Source of the DNA: Psammoneis japonica
Taxonomy: Eukaryota
Assembly: GCA_008632985.1 (NCBI GenBank)
Contig: QPGO01000100.1
Span: forward strand, 238,388 to 302,387
DNA: 64,000 nucleotides
Direction: 5' to 3'
Both the position numbers and the translations under genes were made by a program. Of the stretch, positions 1 to 12,629 are shown in pieces. The notes under the pieces were generated by a model. That model was not told the DNA's origin and did not search any database. It saw only the letters and a list, made by a program, of their open reading frames with translations. The stretch's first letter is position 1; each line of letters begins with the position of its first letter.

Positions 1-2350
1 TGGTTGGCATGCCACCACGGCCTCCACACACAGTTGCACCTCCCCTTCCAACAGGCCAGACAACAAAATGAAACCTGATTTCTGTGTTTAAAGTGCTGCT
101 GCACTTCTGCCCTGCAACTCTGGCAACAAGCTGACCCACACCTCCAGCGCATCATTTGCTCTGGCAGGGATGTGCAACAGTTGGTCAAGATTGATGCCAC
201 AAGGCTGTGGCACCCACCAGAAACAGCTGGCAGCAACAAAAACAGGGCCAGCAAATGAGACTTCAAAAGAAGCAAAGCACTTGACACTGCAGTTGGGCCT
301 TTTTCTTGGGATTGGATCTGGCGGCAAAGGCAAAACAGGCAGTCTGGAAAAGTTTTAACATGAGGTGGAGCAGGACATGACAAATTAACCACAACCTCAT
401 GCTGAGCTGGTCTCAAATTCAGACTGGTGGGAGCAGCAATGATGGAGGATTGTTTGCCACATGGAGTCCTCAAGAACTTAAACAGACAATGGGCAGAAGG
501 GGAGTTGTTGATGCCGGAGAGGCATGGACCAAGAGCAGTTGACAGTTCGGCAAGTTGATCATCTGAAATGACCTTTGAGACATGCAGAAAATGTGCTGAA
601 ACTTGTGCAAACTTGTCGGCACACAGAAGCAGACAGGCCAATGCACGCTGAGTTGGACCCAACTTCAAACTCCTGAAAACAGCCACATGAACCAGGGGAC
701 TTCAATTGACAACAGGTGGAAGGGGGGTTGTTGACACTTGAGAGGTGTGGAGAGAGAGCAGTTGACAGTTTTGCAAGTTTTCCATCTAAAATGACTTGCA
801 CGACACGCAGAATTTGCACTGAAACTTGCATGAAAACTTTGCACACAAGAAGAAAAAATGCTGAAAGAACACCACCGAGCAAATGAACCACATCAACAAA
901 GAATTGGCGGTCTGAACAGGCAGGCAGGAACCATCATCACACCATCAGAGAAAGGTGACATCTGTGCCAGAGCTTGTTGCATGGAAAAATGCACAGAGGG
1001 TGCAGCAGCCGCAAAACTGAGGCAGAATTGTCCAACAGGCCAGACAGTCATGGCACTGGTGTGAACCACATGATGACAGCAAATGTCATGCCAGATTTCA
1101 CAGAGCAAGCAAGCAGAGAGAGCAGCCACAGACGCTTTGCCCACATTTCAAGTGCAACTCAAACAATGAAGCTTTCTGCTGCCTCAAAAAACACCCACCT
1201 TGCTTTTTGCTGTTGAAGCAACCAGAGTGCTCCCAGCCAGATGTGATGCACCAAGTTTTGTCTCCTTGTCAAGCTCTTCTCACAGTCCCTTCCATGTTGT
1301 GCCAAGCTGCCATCCACAACAAATGGCTTTTGCACATCAGAGCAGAAAGCTTTTTTCACAAACAATGGGCTCCAGAACAGAGTGTTGCAAATGGCAGACT
1401 TGTGACAAGGTGAAAGCCGCATCACACACTGACAACCACTTGCTCTTCTCTGTTTGTTGGCACCCATCTCTCTTGCTCTTTTTTTTCTCCTCTTTAAACA
1501 CAGCTTCAAGCCAAATCTGGAACAGCATGAAACATCTGCTGGAGCTCAAAAAAGGGTCTGTTGTTTGATTCTGGCATCCAGATTTCTCAGAATGACAAAG
1601 CGACAGGTGAGCTGTTTTGGTCTCATCCTCGAGGCACCTGTCAAAAGCTTTCCTTTGCAAAGACAGGTTCCACCCCCCCCCTTTAAGTGGCTTGTTCTCT
1701 TGCACCATCATGTGCAACCAAAGAGATGGTTTGAAGTTTGCAGCAGTTGCAGCACACTGATTGCAAGTGCACCAGTCATTGCTTCTTTGCAGTGGTCTGG
1801 CACTCCTGTCGAAACAATCATGTTTCTTCTTGAGCTGTTGCTGTGATGCCAGCAAATGATGGGTGGACACTTCTGCACCTGGCATGTGCAAATCAGAAAC
1901 TGACAGAGGTGGTGAAAACAATGCTGGACTTGCCAGACAACAAAGAACTGGATGATGAGTGCCCGCATTGCCAACAACTGACAATCTAAATTGGGTGGCA
2001 CTTCATGTCACAATGCTCCTTTTGAGGTCATGCGGTCAGTTGTTGGCACACCAGAGCATTGCCCACAAAGCTCTTGTCATGAAAAAAAAAAAGAAAATGC
2101 CAGACTTTACTGCACAATGCAAGCTGGGGTGCCGGCAATGTGCTTGTTTCTTGCCACAAGAGGCAAAGAAATTAATTGTGCCTCTGCATCCACATGTGAA
2201 CCCATTTTGTTCAAGGCAGTCTTTTGTGCAAAGACAGACCAACCAAAGATGTCGGGATTGTCTCGATGCAAAGTCGGGATCTTCGCATGACATGTTGAAA
2301 AGAGAACATGCGCAAATGAATGGCTCCTGTTGACACAAGTGAAACTGTAC
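1..2350. other. TpA/CpG-depleted, TpG/CpA-rich degenerate block 1 (probably decayed repeat/TE DNA)
   Basis: Hand count over 1-600: about 4 TA and 5 CG, versus about 10 TA and 13 CG in 300 nt of the neighbouring gene (4381-4680). ORFs are Tyr-free and Cys/His/Trp-rich with no recognisable domain. TE origin is inferred, not shown. Confidence 0.8.
532..870 (+). repeat. Degenerate direct repeat, about 220 bp period
   Basis: agagcagttgacagtt..gcaagtt...catct.aaatgac.......gcagaa..tg..ctgaaacttg occurs at about 532-650 and 755-870. Confidence 0.75.
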
Positions 2351-2744
2351 CTGTGAAAGGCGTGGTGATGTCATCGGTCTCACGGAATCTTTTCCGAAGG
2401 ATGATCTCGTCCGCTTTTGATCGTTCTAGACACGCTTGGTCTTTTAGACGAGTCGAAGAGCCGAATCCAACCCAAATCCCTTGCTTCCAAGAGGAGTAGA
2501 ACGATCACAGCAACGATTTAGCTACAGTAACGCGACGAGTGCTGTAGTTTGATAGAGAGGCAAGGTGTTGAATGTATGACGCGAGACACGATCAAGTGCC
2601 GTGTTCTGTAGGTTCTCAGGCAAGTCAAGAGTAGCATAGAGACTGTACATTATAGTTTATGCAACCTTATCAAAAGGCCGAGAGCGACCCTTATTCAAAA
2701 TCGAAGAGAGTTAAGATATGTTCGAGAGACGTAGCCGCGAAGAG

Positions 2745-3335
2745 TCATGCCGCAGAATGGGTCGTGCAAGAAGTGGAAGCAACGGCTCGTCTGTTTGGCT
2801 TGATATGGGTCATGTAGTGACGAAGATATGCAGAAGCTCTCATCCAGTGTGCTTCTCCCACCATACCCCGAAGCCTGTTTTCGACAGCAGCCATGAGGGG
2901 TTCAAAGTCTGGGTCTCCTGCTCTGTTTCGTCTTGTGCATTCAGTCACTATCCGTTTCGCTCGAGCATGCAATTGCGGCTCTCGCTCATTCAAAGACTTG
3001 AAGAGGATCTTGATAAATATTAAGAATCGTTCTCGTTGACGCGATTCTAATACCACAGATGATGTAGTGATTGGGTTTCGTCTCAGGGGCTCGATGCTCG
3101 TTGGTGGGAGTGCCGCTTGTCGTCGGATAGGGCCAGCTTCACTCAGCTCCAGCGACTGGGCGCGAGTGGAAGCCGGTACTACCGTCGGGTCACAGCGTCG
3201 TTGAATCATTTCGTCTGATAAGGAAGAAGTTTGTGGCGATACTTGTAAAGAATTATTTGTTGACTCAAGATCCTCTTCTCGTGCTTTGTGGGGTGACATG
3301 ATTGCCACCTTCAACAAAGCCACTGGCCAAAACAC
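2745..3335 (-). CDS. Hypothetical protein of a diatom-type family (RERFLIFIKILFK...AKRIVTECTRRNR..DP motif)
   Basis: Clean 196-aa ORF with normal composition; helical C-terminal motif resembles a common diatom hypothetical family; the true start may be MSPHK near 3299. Confidence 0.7.
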   Translation of the reverse strand: MFWPVALLKVAIMSPHKAREEDLESTNNSLQVSPQTSSLSDEMIQRRCDPTVVPASTRAQSLELSEAGPIRRQAALPPTSIEPLRRNPITTSSVVLESRQRERFLIFIKILFKSLNEREPQLHARAKRIVTECTRRNRAGDPDFEPLMAAVENRLRGMVGEAHWMRASAYLRHYMTHIKPNRRAVASTSCTTHSAA

Positions 3336-4361
3336 GAAGCCCGATCATCCAGAAGGGTGGAGGAGTTCTCGTTGGGCCTTTCTTTCACGTCAAAAACAAA
3401 AGTGCGGGCAGTTTTGGCCACCTTCCGTGGTTCTCGGTAGAATTTCTACCACCCATTTCTTGCCAGAAATTCAATGTACGAAGCTCTACGTACAATGGAC
3501 ATATTTGTTCAATGAACGTCAGGACCACAGAAACAAACGTCAGTGGATTATTGTGATACGATTGTGTGCATTTCATTATCATGTTCACTCTGAAATCGAT
3601 AGTGACACGTCATGACACCAAAAGCCAATGCTCGCTCGCTCAATGCTTCTCAAAAGTTTTGCACGTTTGTTAGTCTGAGTAAGAGTTAACACACTCTATC
3701 CGGTTTCCAAATAAAAAAGGCAGCCCGAGCTGTCTGACTGCCCGTAGTTTTCTGACGCAGACGCCGCACGCACCGATCGAATAGTGGCGCGAGAAGTTGA
3801 CCGGTGTCAACCTGACTCATCCATCCATGATGCCGCAGTGGCGTCATTCTCTTCTCCCAAGTAGTCCTTAGCAAAATATTTCTTTTGACATTGTACAAGT
3901 TCTAATTAGAAGTTACTCCTAGAAGATAGTGACGGTAATTCCCGGGGTGGACGGAAGATTCGTGAATGAATTTTTGAGTGATTGCCACCTGCTGACACCG
4001 ACACGTCACAGCGTCGCCGAACAGTTCCGAATCATCGATCACATCAACGCAACCACGATTGCTCTTGAGGCGGCGTCGCCCACCCGTTGAATTCGTACCA
4101 GCGTCTACAGGTGATTGACTCAGACTCGGGACTAAGAAAATCGCCTGCCGCACGTGACGTTACGTGACTGCCCGTACAGTTTCTACAGCGAAAGCCGTTG
4201 AAAGGAGAAGCACCAGAACAACTCAACTTTCGAAGAAGGCCGGTGTTCCTGTTTTCCAAGTGTCAACCCCACATACATCAGGCCAATCATTGTCGTTGTT
4301 TACTGATCGACATACAACAACATAACTAACTTTGAGCTTTGTAAAACCCTTATCATCGGCG

Positions 4362-7037
4362 ATGGCAAATGCCGTACACGCCAAAAGATCAACTCACTGT
4401 AATTCGGAGGAACAAACAGTGGGAAAGATGGAGACAACACTGCACGACTCGATACCGAGCGGGACTGATGACCAAGTCCAAAGCGGCAACAGTAACAATA
4501 CAATCGCACAACGAGAAAACACGAATCAGGCTTCAGCAACAGCTTCCATTGACAATCCAGCTAGTACACCACTACATATGCCTGTGTTGGACCACAACGA
4601 TTCTGGAGTAGGAGCTCTTTTGGGAGCTGGTGCTGGAGTCGGAACCCCCTCTACTGTTTCAACTGCACCGTCGACTGAAGACGATGCATCGTTTGAAGCA
4701 CTCAACAAAGCTGGGCTCGATAAGCTTCTATTATTCGATGACACTTCCGTACCGGGTCCTGGACAGCTCCCGCGGCCTCGTGATCGGGGAATACCGCCGC
4801 TGATACCAAACATACCGTCTTCACCCGATTACCAGTCAATGCGAGCTGACTCCAACCTTACGCCTGTTATATCCAATGCAGACAAGCAAAGCAACAACCA
4901 TAGACGAGTCAAGTCGTGGGGGGATGCTGCATCGCAGAACTACTTGAGCGCGGTCGTCCAGAGACCGGGAACAGGGATTACAGAAACGGGAGTGCCACCC
5001 TCTGCAGGTTCTTCTAGTAGAGGCGTACCTCCGAATTTCACTCTCCCTGGTGCCCACGCATTTACAGATCCTAGTCACGGACCATTCTCAGCAAATGTAC
5101 ATCCACATTCACCACCCGCTTCGCCTCCTTACAGTCTACCTACAACGCCACCTCGCGGTCACGCTCACACCGATCAACCCTGGGCTCGGGTCGCGAGCTT
5201 TCGAACCGACCCAGGCATGCTAGACAATGTGCCTACGCAGCATCAACCGCATTATCCTTATCCCCAATTACCCGATAACTGGAATCGGGAAGGCAGCAAT
5301 AGACAGAAGTTTATGATTCATCCAAGCCCCACTCCATCCGGCTATCACACACCACCCTACCCTCCGTACCAAATGAGCAATCCTGGTTACCAACAACACT
5401 CGCCACCCATGGCAACGACTCCACCTAGACCACGCAATCCAAGACAGCCTCCAGGAGCAGCAGCAGGACAACAGAACCCGCATCGTGGACCACCAGGAGC
5501 AGCGACACCGCCTCGTTCTTCGGCTGAGATACTAAAGACCTTGCTTCGGAAGAAGGCCTGTCTTTATGAACCAGAAACATCCCGTGCGGTAGCGTTGGTG
5601 ACATGGATGGTGGGACGGGAGTTGGCCATAAAGTATGGCTACTTTTCGAGACAACAGTTACAGTCGGGTGTACACGCTTGTGTCGCGAAAAAGATTGATT
5701 CGGGCGCCATTACCAGAACCAAGGTCAACCGATGCATGCAGATTATTCTGAATAGCTGCTTTCACTACATTATTCCTCTTCCGGACGGAAACGAAGACAG
5801 TGGATCCGCTTTTCGAGAGGCGTTTGCTCGGGAAGCAAAGGACGAGTCTTATTTGGTTCGTACCTTGGGAGCGCCGTGGGATGGTTTGCTCGCAGACCGA
5901 GAGGCTATTCTTAAGGCCGCTGCTGGAGTCGGAGAATCGACGCCTTCACCCGAGTCTTCTCCGAAAATGGAGAGTGTGAGGCGGGGTGGGCAAGGAAGCG
6001 GCGGGGCAGATACCAAAAGTGGAGGAAAAGCAGACGGCGGCGAGGCTGCTCCCAAGCGAACTGTCTTGCTGTGTTTCAACGAGAACGTACGATCTGTTGA
6101 AGACGTCTTTCACTGTCACACGGAGTTTATTCGAGACACGGCCAACTCGTCCAAGCTGCAGCTATCAGCACAGGAGTGGCGATCATTTTTTGGGAAGCAG
6201 CACACTGTACCTGCGTTAGGAGCTGATGGCAGTACTAGCGCCTCTTCGTCTCTTTTGGGTGTTCCCCATTTTCTTACGCAACCCTTTGACGCTTTGGGTC
6301 AAATGAGTCCCAACGAGCTTGCCCAATTTCGAACAACGTGGTGTGCGAAGCGTTATGAGCACGATCACGATCTTTGTGGCTTTGCACATGTCGGAGTGGG
6401 TGGAGGCTGGCTCCGTCGTGACCCGTCTCTCCATTCCTACAGTGACAAGATGTGTGCTTCCGTGTCGAGAGTTTTGGATGAACGCTGGGGTCCCAGATGC
6501 TTCGTACTCAACTCCTGTCCCAAGGGAGAAGACTGCCCGCTTGCTCATTCCAAGGAAGAAATCGATTACCATCCAAATCGATACAAGAGCCACACGTGCT
6601 CTACTCCGTACTCCAAAAGCGGAACTCCGGTTATGGGACGATGCTCACTTGGCGACTTGTGTCCTCACTTGCATCCTACAGATGCGTCATCTCCACCTTC
6701 TTCGGCTACTAGTTCACCGGTACGCAAGGCAGCTCCGCCGCCAGCACCTAAACCGCAGCAGCAACAACATCGACGTCCTGGACGTGGCGAGGGCTTCCGA
6801 CCGGGAGGACAAGGAGCTGCCGCCACTCCTCCCGATGGTGCTCCCATGCTCTACTTGGATCCTGCGCCTGTCTCCAAGTTTGAAAAGAGGCTTGGAATGC
6901 CTGGATTGCAGAGCTTGTTTCGGAGGCACTGCCATGTCATTCATGCACATTTGCGAGACGGTCCGGACAACAAGAAGTGCCGATGTTATTACAGCAACTT
7001 TGGAGATGAATGGGGAAAGTCATTGCAGACTCTGTAA
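4362..7037 (+). CDS. CCCH zinc-finger protein (Unkempt/tandem CCCH-like) with Pro/Ser-rich N-terminus
   Basis: About 890-aa ORF with FRTTWCAKRYEHDHDLCGFAH, CPKGEDCPLAHSKEEIDYHPNRYKSHTC and CSLGDLCPHLH; first ATG at 4362. Confidence 0.85.
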   Translation: MANAVHAKRSTHCNSEEQTVGKMETTLHDSIPSGTDDQVQSGNSNNTIAQRENTNQASATASIDNPASTPLHMPVLDHNDSGVGALLGAGAGVGTPSTVSTAPSTEDDASFEALNKAGLDKLLLFDDTSVPGPGQLPRPRDRGIPPLIPNIPSSPDYQSMRADSNLTPVISNADKQSNNHRRVKSWGDAASQNYLSAVVQRPGTGITETGVPPSAGSSSRGVPPNFTLPGAHAFTDPSHGPFSANVHPHSPPASPPYSLPTTPPRGHAHTDQPWARVASFRTDPGMLDNVPTQHQPHYPYPQLPDNWNREGSNRQKFMIHPSPTPSGYHTPPYPPYQMSNPGYQQHSPPMATTPPRPRNPRQPPGAAAGQQNPHRGPPGAATPPRSSAEILKTLLRKKACLYEPETSRAVALVTWMVGRELAIKYGYFSRQQLQSGVHACVAKKIDSGAITRTKVNRCMQIILNSCFHYIIPLPDGNEDSGSAFREAFAREAKDESYLVRTLGAPWDGLLADREAILKAAAGVGESTPSPESSPKMESVRRGGQGSGGADTKSGGKADGGEAAPKRTVLLCFNENVRSVEDVFHCHTEFIRDTANSSKLQLSAQEWRSFFGKQHTVPALGADGSTSASSSLLGVPHFLTQPFDALGQMSPNELAQFRTTWCAKRYEHDHDLCGFAHVGVGGGWLRRDPSLHSYSDKMCASVSRVLDERWGPRCFVLNSCPKGEDCPLAHSKEEIDYHPNRYKSHTCSTPYSKSGTPVMGRCSLGDLCPHLHPTDASSPPSSATSSPVRKAAPPPAPKPQQQQHRRPGRGEGFRPGGQGAAATPPDGAPMLYLDPAPVSKFEKRLGMPGLQSLFRRHCHVIHAHLRDGPDNKKCRCYYSNFGDEWGKSLQTL

Positions 7038-8549
7038 GGTGCAGATGGAGGGACCAGGCTTGAAGTATCTGTTGCGCAGGGGACAGTGCGCTCGGAAGAA
7101 TATCAGCTACAAGTCTAGTCATGGAGGATAGGTGCTGCTACCTCGTGAAGGGGATACACGATGAATATTTTGAATGTTATTGGGTTAATGGGCGGAACGG
7201 GAAACTGTGTGCCGACGGTGTCAATGGGGAAGCAGAGTTATGGACTTCCCTAATGTTCAAGAATAAATCACTTTGATTTCATAAGTTATTGGGAGACCCA
7301 GCCAGTTACGTGCTCTCTCATGTTTTGTTTTACAATAATGTCCGTCGAATTGTAAGTAATTAAATCCGCTATCACTACCCACAGGTTTTCGTGTAGCAAC
7401 ATACCATGAAGTTGAAAAGTCGACAATGTCGAGGGCGACGGCAAGCGAGCCCTCTCTCTGTGTAAGCAAAGATCGCAACGGATGACAAACTGCAACCCGG
7501 CTGCAGCGAAACTCTCAATCCAATTATCGTCTGAACTCTGAAGTCACAATCCATCCCCCCCAACCCGAGAATTTGCCATCAAGGTAATTCACCGCCACTC
7601 CTTTCATTATTCACGCCGACCGCAGTACGCCACAAACTGATTCCTCCATTCCTGCAGCGCCTGTCTATGAATCAAACATTCCAGGGCTTGGGCAACTCGA
7701 ACGAGAGCAGCCACAGCGAATTTTTCTACGAAAGTTATCACTCTTACAGTATCAGCTGTACCGCAGAAGATGCTGGTTTCGATGAGGACGGCACATTACG
7801 AGACTGATTGACCCACCTCAGGAGCAAAGTGGATGGGGAGCATTGGAGTCTTTTTCTTCGGAGTTGCTATTTCTTGTCTGAAAGGGCGGAAAATCAGTCA
7901 CTTCTTGATGGGACCATGAATTGGCTGTGCTGTGGAGCTTTGCGCAGAGAAGGGAGAGAGGCTGCGTTGGCCGCGTTCTCAAGTGGGCCATCTGTTTTAG
8001 ACTGAGAACGTCTGCCACCTCGAACTCGTGTGTTCATATTGTTTGGAAGAAAGCGACATCCAAGTTCAACCCGGACTGGCTCACATGTCCCATCGTTCAC
8101 GAACAATCTCAGAATGGTAAGACTGACAACCATGAGAAGGGACCATACCCTCATTGAACCAATCTAAGACTTCGATGACAGTCTCAGATGGTTGACAAAG
8201 AATTTAATCGCACACTGCCCCGTGTAGCCCTACTTCTACGGCTGAAACCAACAAAGGAAAGGGAGCCAGTGAATTTGTTCGCAGTGCCGAGAATGATGAC
8301 GGTTGATCCGCTGCAGCACGTAGTGACCCCTTCTCGAACATGCTGCTCTTCAAGCAAGTCTGATGATGAATTGTGAAGAGCCAGCTAGCCTGTGTGTACA
8401 ATCTTTCTTCCGTGCTGCCAACATGTCTTGATATTATCAAACGGATGCGGAGCCGATGATGCAGTATGTTGTTAAACATGGTTGCACGAAGAAATGTGAA
8501 AGTTGTTTGATCAAGCGACAGTCAATCAACGACCTCAGGGCATGCTACT

Positions 8550-9560
8550 AATGAATGACTACCGGAAACGAATACATAGCCACGCTCCCACTCTACTCCT
8601 CGTTTTGCTTCTCTTCATAACTTGCAGCAACAGTCGCAGCGATGGGCAAGCTCGGAGACGAAAGCTTTGAACTTTTATGAGACTTGCTTGGTGTCGGGAG
8701 AAAAGCCAGGTGGACGACAGCACAGATGGCCGCTCGTACAGCTTGCGCAGCCGTTCAGCTTGAGCTTGTAAGAGCTGGTGAGGCAGATGAAATGTTATCG
8801 GCAACAAATTTATGTGCTTGAGTGCCATGTGATGACTCGAAACTGCAGAGCATTCCAAATCAACGTCCGCTGAAAGCCTTTGACAAAGGGCCATCCATCG
8901 TCCAGCACCTTCCAACGTAGAGACAGAGAGCTTGGTTTGTAGTAGTCCAAGTAAGTACGACCTGATGATATCCTTGAAGTAAGTAGGCACAACCAATCTA
9001 CCTCGGCGCAAGCATACATCACTTGAGACTGTCATATACGGGTCGATACAGCATGTAAGCATTCAGACGTTGGTGCACTCTCCCACAGAACAAAACCAGC
9101 TTCCAAATACCAAGTGACACTCAACGACTTGGTGCTTATCGCCAATCAACGATTGCTGCAAGTGTGTCATAAAGAATATTGAAGCACTGACCATCCACAG
9201 TTCGAGACAAAAGAAACGTCGTGTCCATACGTCGAGATATGCCATGTTGCTCCGAGGAAGAAACCAGAGGATGAAAAGAGAGCGGGAAGAATATCAACTC
9301 TACCGAACAAAGTCAACGACCGGTCCAATATGCGCCTCGACCTTGTAATGTCATGCAGTAGCAGCGCGTGGATCTCGCCTCGCTCTCCGCTCTCACAAAA
9401 GGGATTTGTGTCCCTGCTTCACACTCTTTGTTTTGCTTCTCTTTGTAACATGCAGCAACATACGAAGAGATTGGCTGGCAAGCAATTCAACGAACCCATT
9501 GAAGCTTGATTGGGCATGAAAGGAAAGGACTCCTTGCTGAAACATTGGCTATTCCCTTGT
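8550..9560 (-). pseudogene. Degraded, internally duplicated coding remnant
   Basis: 8580-8645 and 9410-9475 are similar and translate on the minus strand as SLRLLLQVMKRSKTRS and SLRMLLHVTKRSKTKS; reading frames are fragmented. Confidence 0.35.
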
Positions 9561-10522
9561 GCAGCGAAAACACCGAGAACGAATCACCAACAAACAGCGT
9601 GTAGTCTGGTTGTAACCTCTAGTAGCACAATCAACATCAAGGTCGATTCTCTCTACGCATATTATAGTAAGTCAATGGAGAATTAGCCACACGAATGGCC
9701 AAGCCGTTCATACTCCGGCGGTCTCAAGATCATACTAAGAAAATAGGAAAAGAAGGAAATCGCATTTTGCCACCATGTTGCATCACCCAACGGCTCGTTG
9801 CAGCTGCCAGCTGCTGCGCCATGGTTGTTGTTAGCCGTTGTGTGTCTGTCTTGTGATCGTTATGTTCGTTGTTTGCGCCGCCATGCTGTTGTGCCCTCCA
9901 GAATTCCGTGTTTGACGCTATCGTCTCCTGGTTGAAGAAACGTCATAGTTGCAGTTGTTAGGTAATTGGAGTTCGCAGTCTACGTCAGTTAGGAAACAGA
10001 CGAATAACGAATTTGTGCAGTGTACATAAAATGCCATAGTCATTTGATTCAAAATTTTGTAACGGAAAGAGTGAATAATTCGTTATCTAATTGTACACAA
10101 ATCCTCTTACATTTTCTACAGGTGTCAGCCGGCAGGATCGAACGTCTCGGTTGTGAAGTTCTCTCTTGTTTATTTAACGATTTCTACGTAAATTTGACGT
10201 TGCACTTTCTTTCCGTGACGGCCCCGCACCTGACTTTACCCAGCAGGCGCGGAACAAGTACGCACTTACGTAGAAACGGTGTAGAATTGTACCAACAGCC
10301 ATCACATTTTTTTTGAATTCACTGCGAATTCAAAAAATCGGGGCAACGAACACCCATCCACACAGAGTTTGTACGAGCGCCCACACAACGTTCACTCTTT
10401 TCATCGGCATCCGATCGTAACAGCCACATTTTGAATGTGCTTTGCCCATCAGCTCACAATTCGGCACTCTCGGCTTGAAACACACACAACATCATCATCT
10501 TCTGTTGAGAAACACCACCACC

Positions 10523-11597
10523 ATGATGAAGAATACTACTACTGCTCTTTTGTTTCTTGCAACTCTTCCCTGTGCCGTGTCGTGGATGACTGGAGGTGGT
10601 ATGCCGTCGTCGCTCTCGTTGCGTTCTACCGCTGAAACGAGAAACAGTCCGCTGTATTTTGGAGAAAAACAAGCCGAAGCACTTCCACTAACAGCGACGG
10701 ATATTGAGATTCTCAATAACTTTCGATCACGTCATTTCAATATTCCGCTCTTGGTATTGGATCATGCCGTTCTTCCGGGACAGCGTCAAGAATACGCAAG
10801 GTATGTTTCTTTGTATGCGTCGTCGTGATGTCATTGCCGAATTCAAATTTCTTACGCAAAACATACCGTTTTTTTTTCGTAATTACAGTGCCGATCCCGA
10901 GTTCAAAATGATGATTGAGCACATTCTCAAGCACGAGGGAGGTTCCGTCGGTGTTGTGGGACGCATTCCCGGAACTAACGTACCGCTCAACATGGGTGTA
11001 AGTTGTTGTTGTTGTATGCATATTCTTTGATATCAAATCTCGGTACTCGGCTCACGTACATTCTCTACTTATTCAATCATAGGTCACCTTTCACCTTCGC
11101 GAAGATCAAGTCCATACGAATCACGCCGGTGAACTCGTCATTTTGATTTTCGGTGAGCGCCGATTCGAAATCTCGGGAGATCAGTGGGATGATATTGAAC
11201 TCGATGACAGCAGCTTCCACTTTGTCGACGTGGACTTGCTCGATCCTACCAAGGAGGGACTCAACGCCGACGAATTCGACAAGACCCTCTACCTCTCGAA
11301 TCAAATCCCAGAACTCGTCGATGCTGGGTCGCTTGCGCTCTCATGCACAACCACGCTTCTCCGGACCAACTCAAGCTTGCCCTTCGCGAAGCCGGTCCCA
11401 TGCCAGAAAAGTTCGACGAACGCGCCAGTTGGGCCGCCAACTTGTTGAACCCTCATGTGCCCGGATGGAAGCTGAGCGATGATATTCGTCCCGCCATGCT
11501 TTGTTGTGAAAATGACTACGACAGGCTCGCTCTAGCCTTTGCCGCCATGAATTCATCCATTGAATACATGCGAGGCAAGAAACAAGAAAAGTTCTAA
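10523..11597 (+). CDS. LON-protease N-terminal (substrate-binding)-like domain protein with signal peptide, possibly plastid-targeted; 2 introns
   Basis: MMKNTTTALLFLATLPCAVS-W leader; IPLLVLDHAVLPGQR, GERRFEI and DIRPAML motifs; introns 10801-10888 and 10998-11082 (GT..AG); one 1-nt frameshift near 11326. Confidence 0.7.
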
Positions 11598-12629
11598 TTC
11601 AGTGCAAGACTCTCCTCCTCTTTCTCTCTCTTGCTTCTTGTCCATGTCATGCCTTGTTTGAAACAATTGCGCACGACATTGGGCAACGGAGCTGTTTATA
11701 TTTGTGGAGAGACACGAATTCTAGGATTGTAGTTAGCGAAACAGAAAAGTAACAATAGATCAGTTGCTTATGTTTTATGAATCATTATCTTTACAGTATT
11801 TTAGTTTGGCTAGAGTCTATTGTCTTATCTATATAGCTTTCTTCTTTGCTCTCTAGCAAAGGATGCCGATCCATCCACAGCGTACCGGTATCCACGACTT
11901 GGATGTCACTGTTGGAATCCTTTTTTGGCGGTCACGACACGCGTCGCTTGACAACTCGCGCCCGTTTTACGTTCCGTAGGTTGCACGGTGATTTTTGTAC
12001 CAGAGTTGGAGGGAGTTTCGACTAACAGACAGACGGTAGTGGAAGGAGTTTTTGCGACATTTGCTTGCTGATTAGCTTTGGCTGTCGCGATCAATCAGCA
12101 AGCAACTAGGTAGTTTCCCTAACCAATAAACACTCTATGAATAACTTACCGGTACCGGTATAGATGATGGACTCTAAAACAATACAGTACTGTACTGTGC
12201 GTGTTTTCATGCAGGACAATTCTTTTTTCGGATCTTGTGACGAGCTTGGCTTGAGTTATCGTGAACGATAGACTGGAGCTTATTTCTCAGACACACGACG
12301 ACTCGTTCTTTTGTGGATGTCGTCAATGAAGTAATGGAATCATTCAATGCTTTGGTGTTTACAATACTACATGATTGATCTTCTTGGAGCTAATAAACAG
12401 CTATTGTGGAGCGCTAGTAGATTACTCTTGTTATGAAAGAAACTCGGCAATGGTTGTCGATTTCGCAGTATTGATCCTGGACAACTCGCGATGGAGTAAG
12501 AGGCTTGCAATTCATGACGATTTTTGTTCCAGCAAATGCGGAGGAGGGAAGCTGTTGCCGACAGAATGCTATGAGGGACCGTTTTGTCAGATGATAGAGA
12601 TGATAATTCTGGAGACCGATCGACGGTTG

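Noticed and set aside
1..2350. Classical fungal RIP as the explanation of the blocks
   Set aside because: RIP depletes CpA/TpG and enriches TpA; the pattern here is the reverse.
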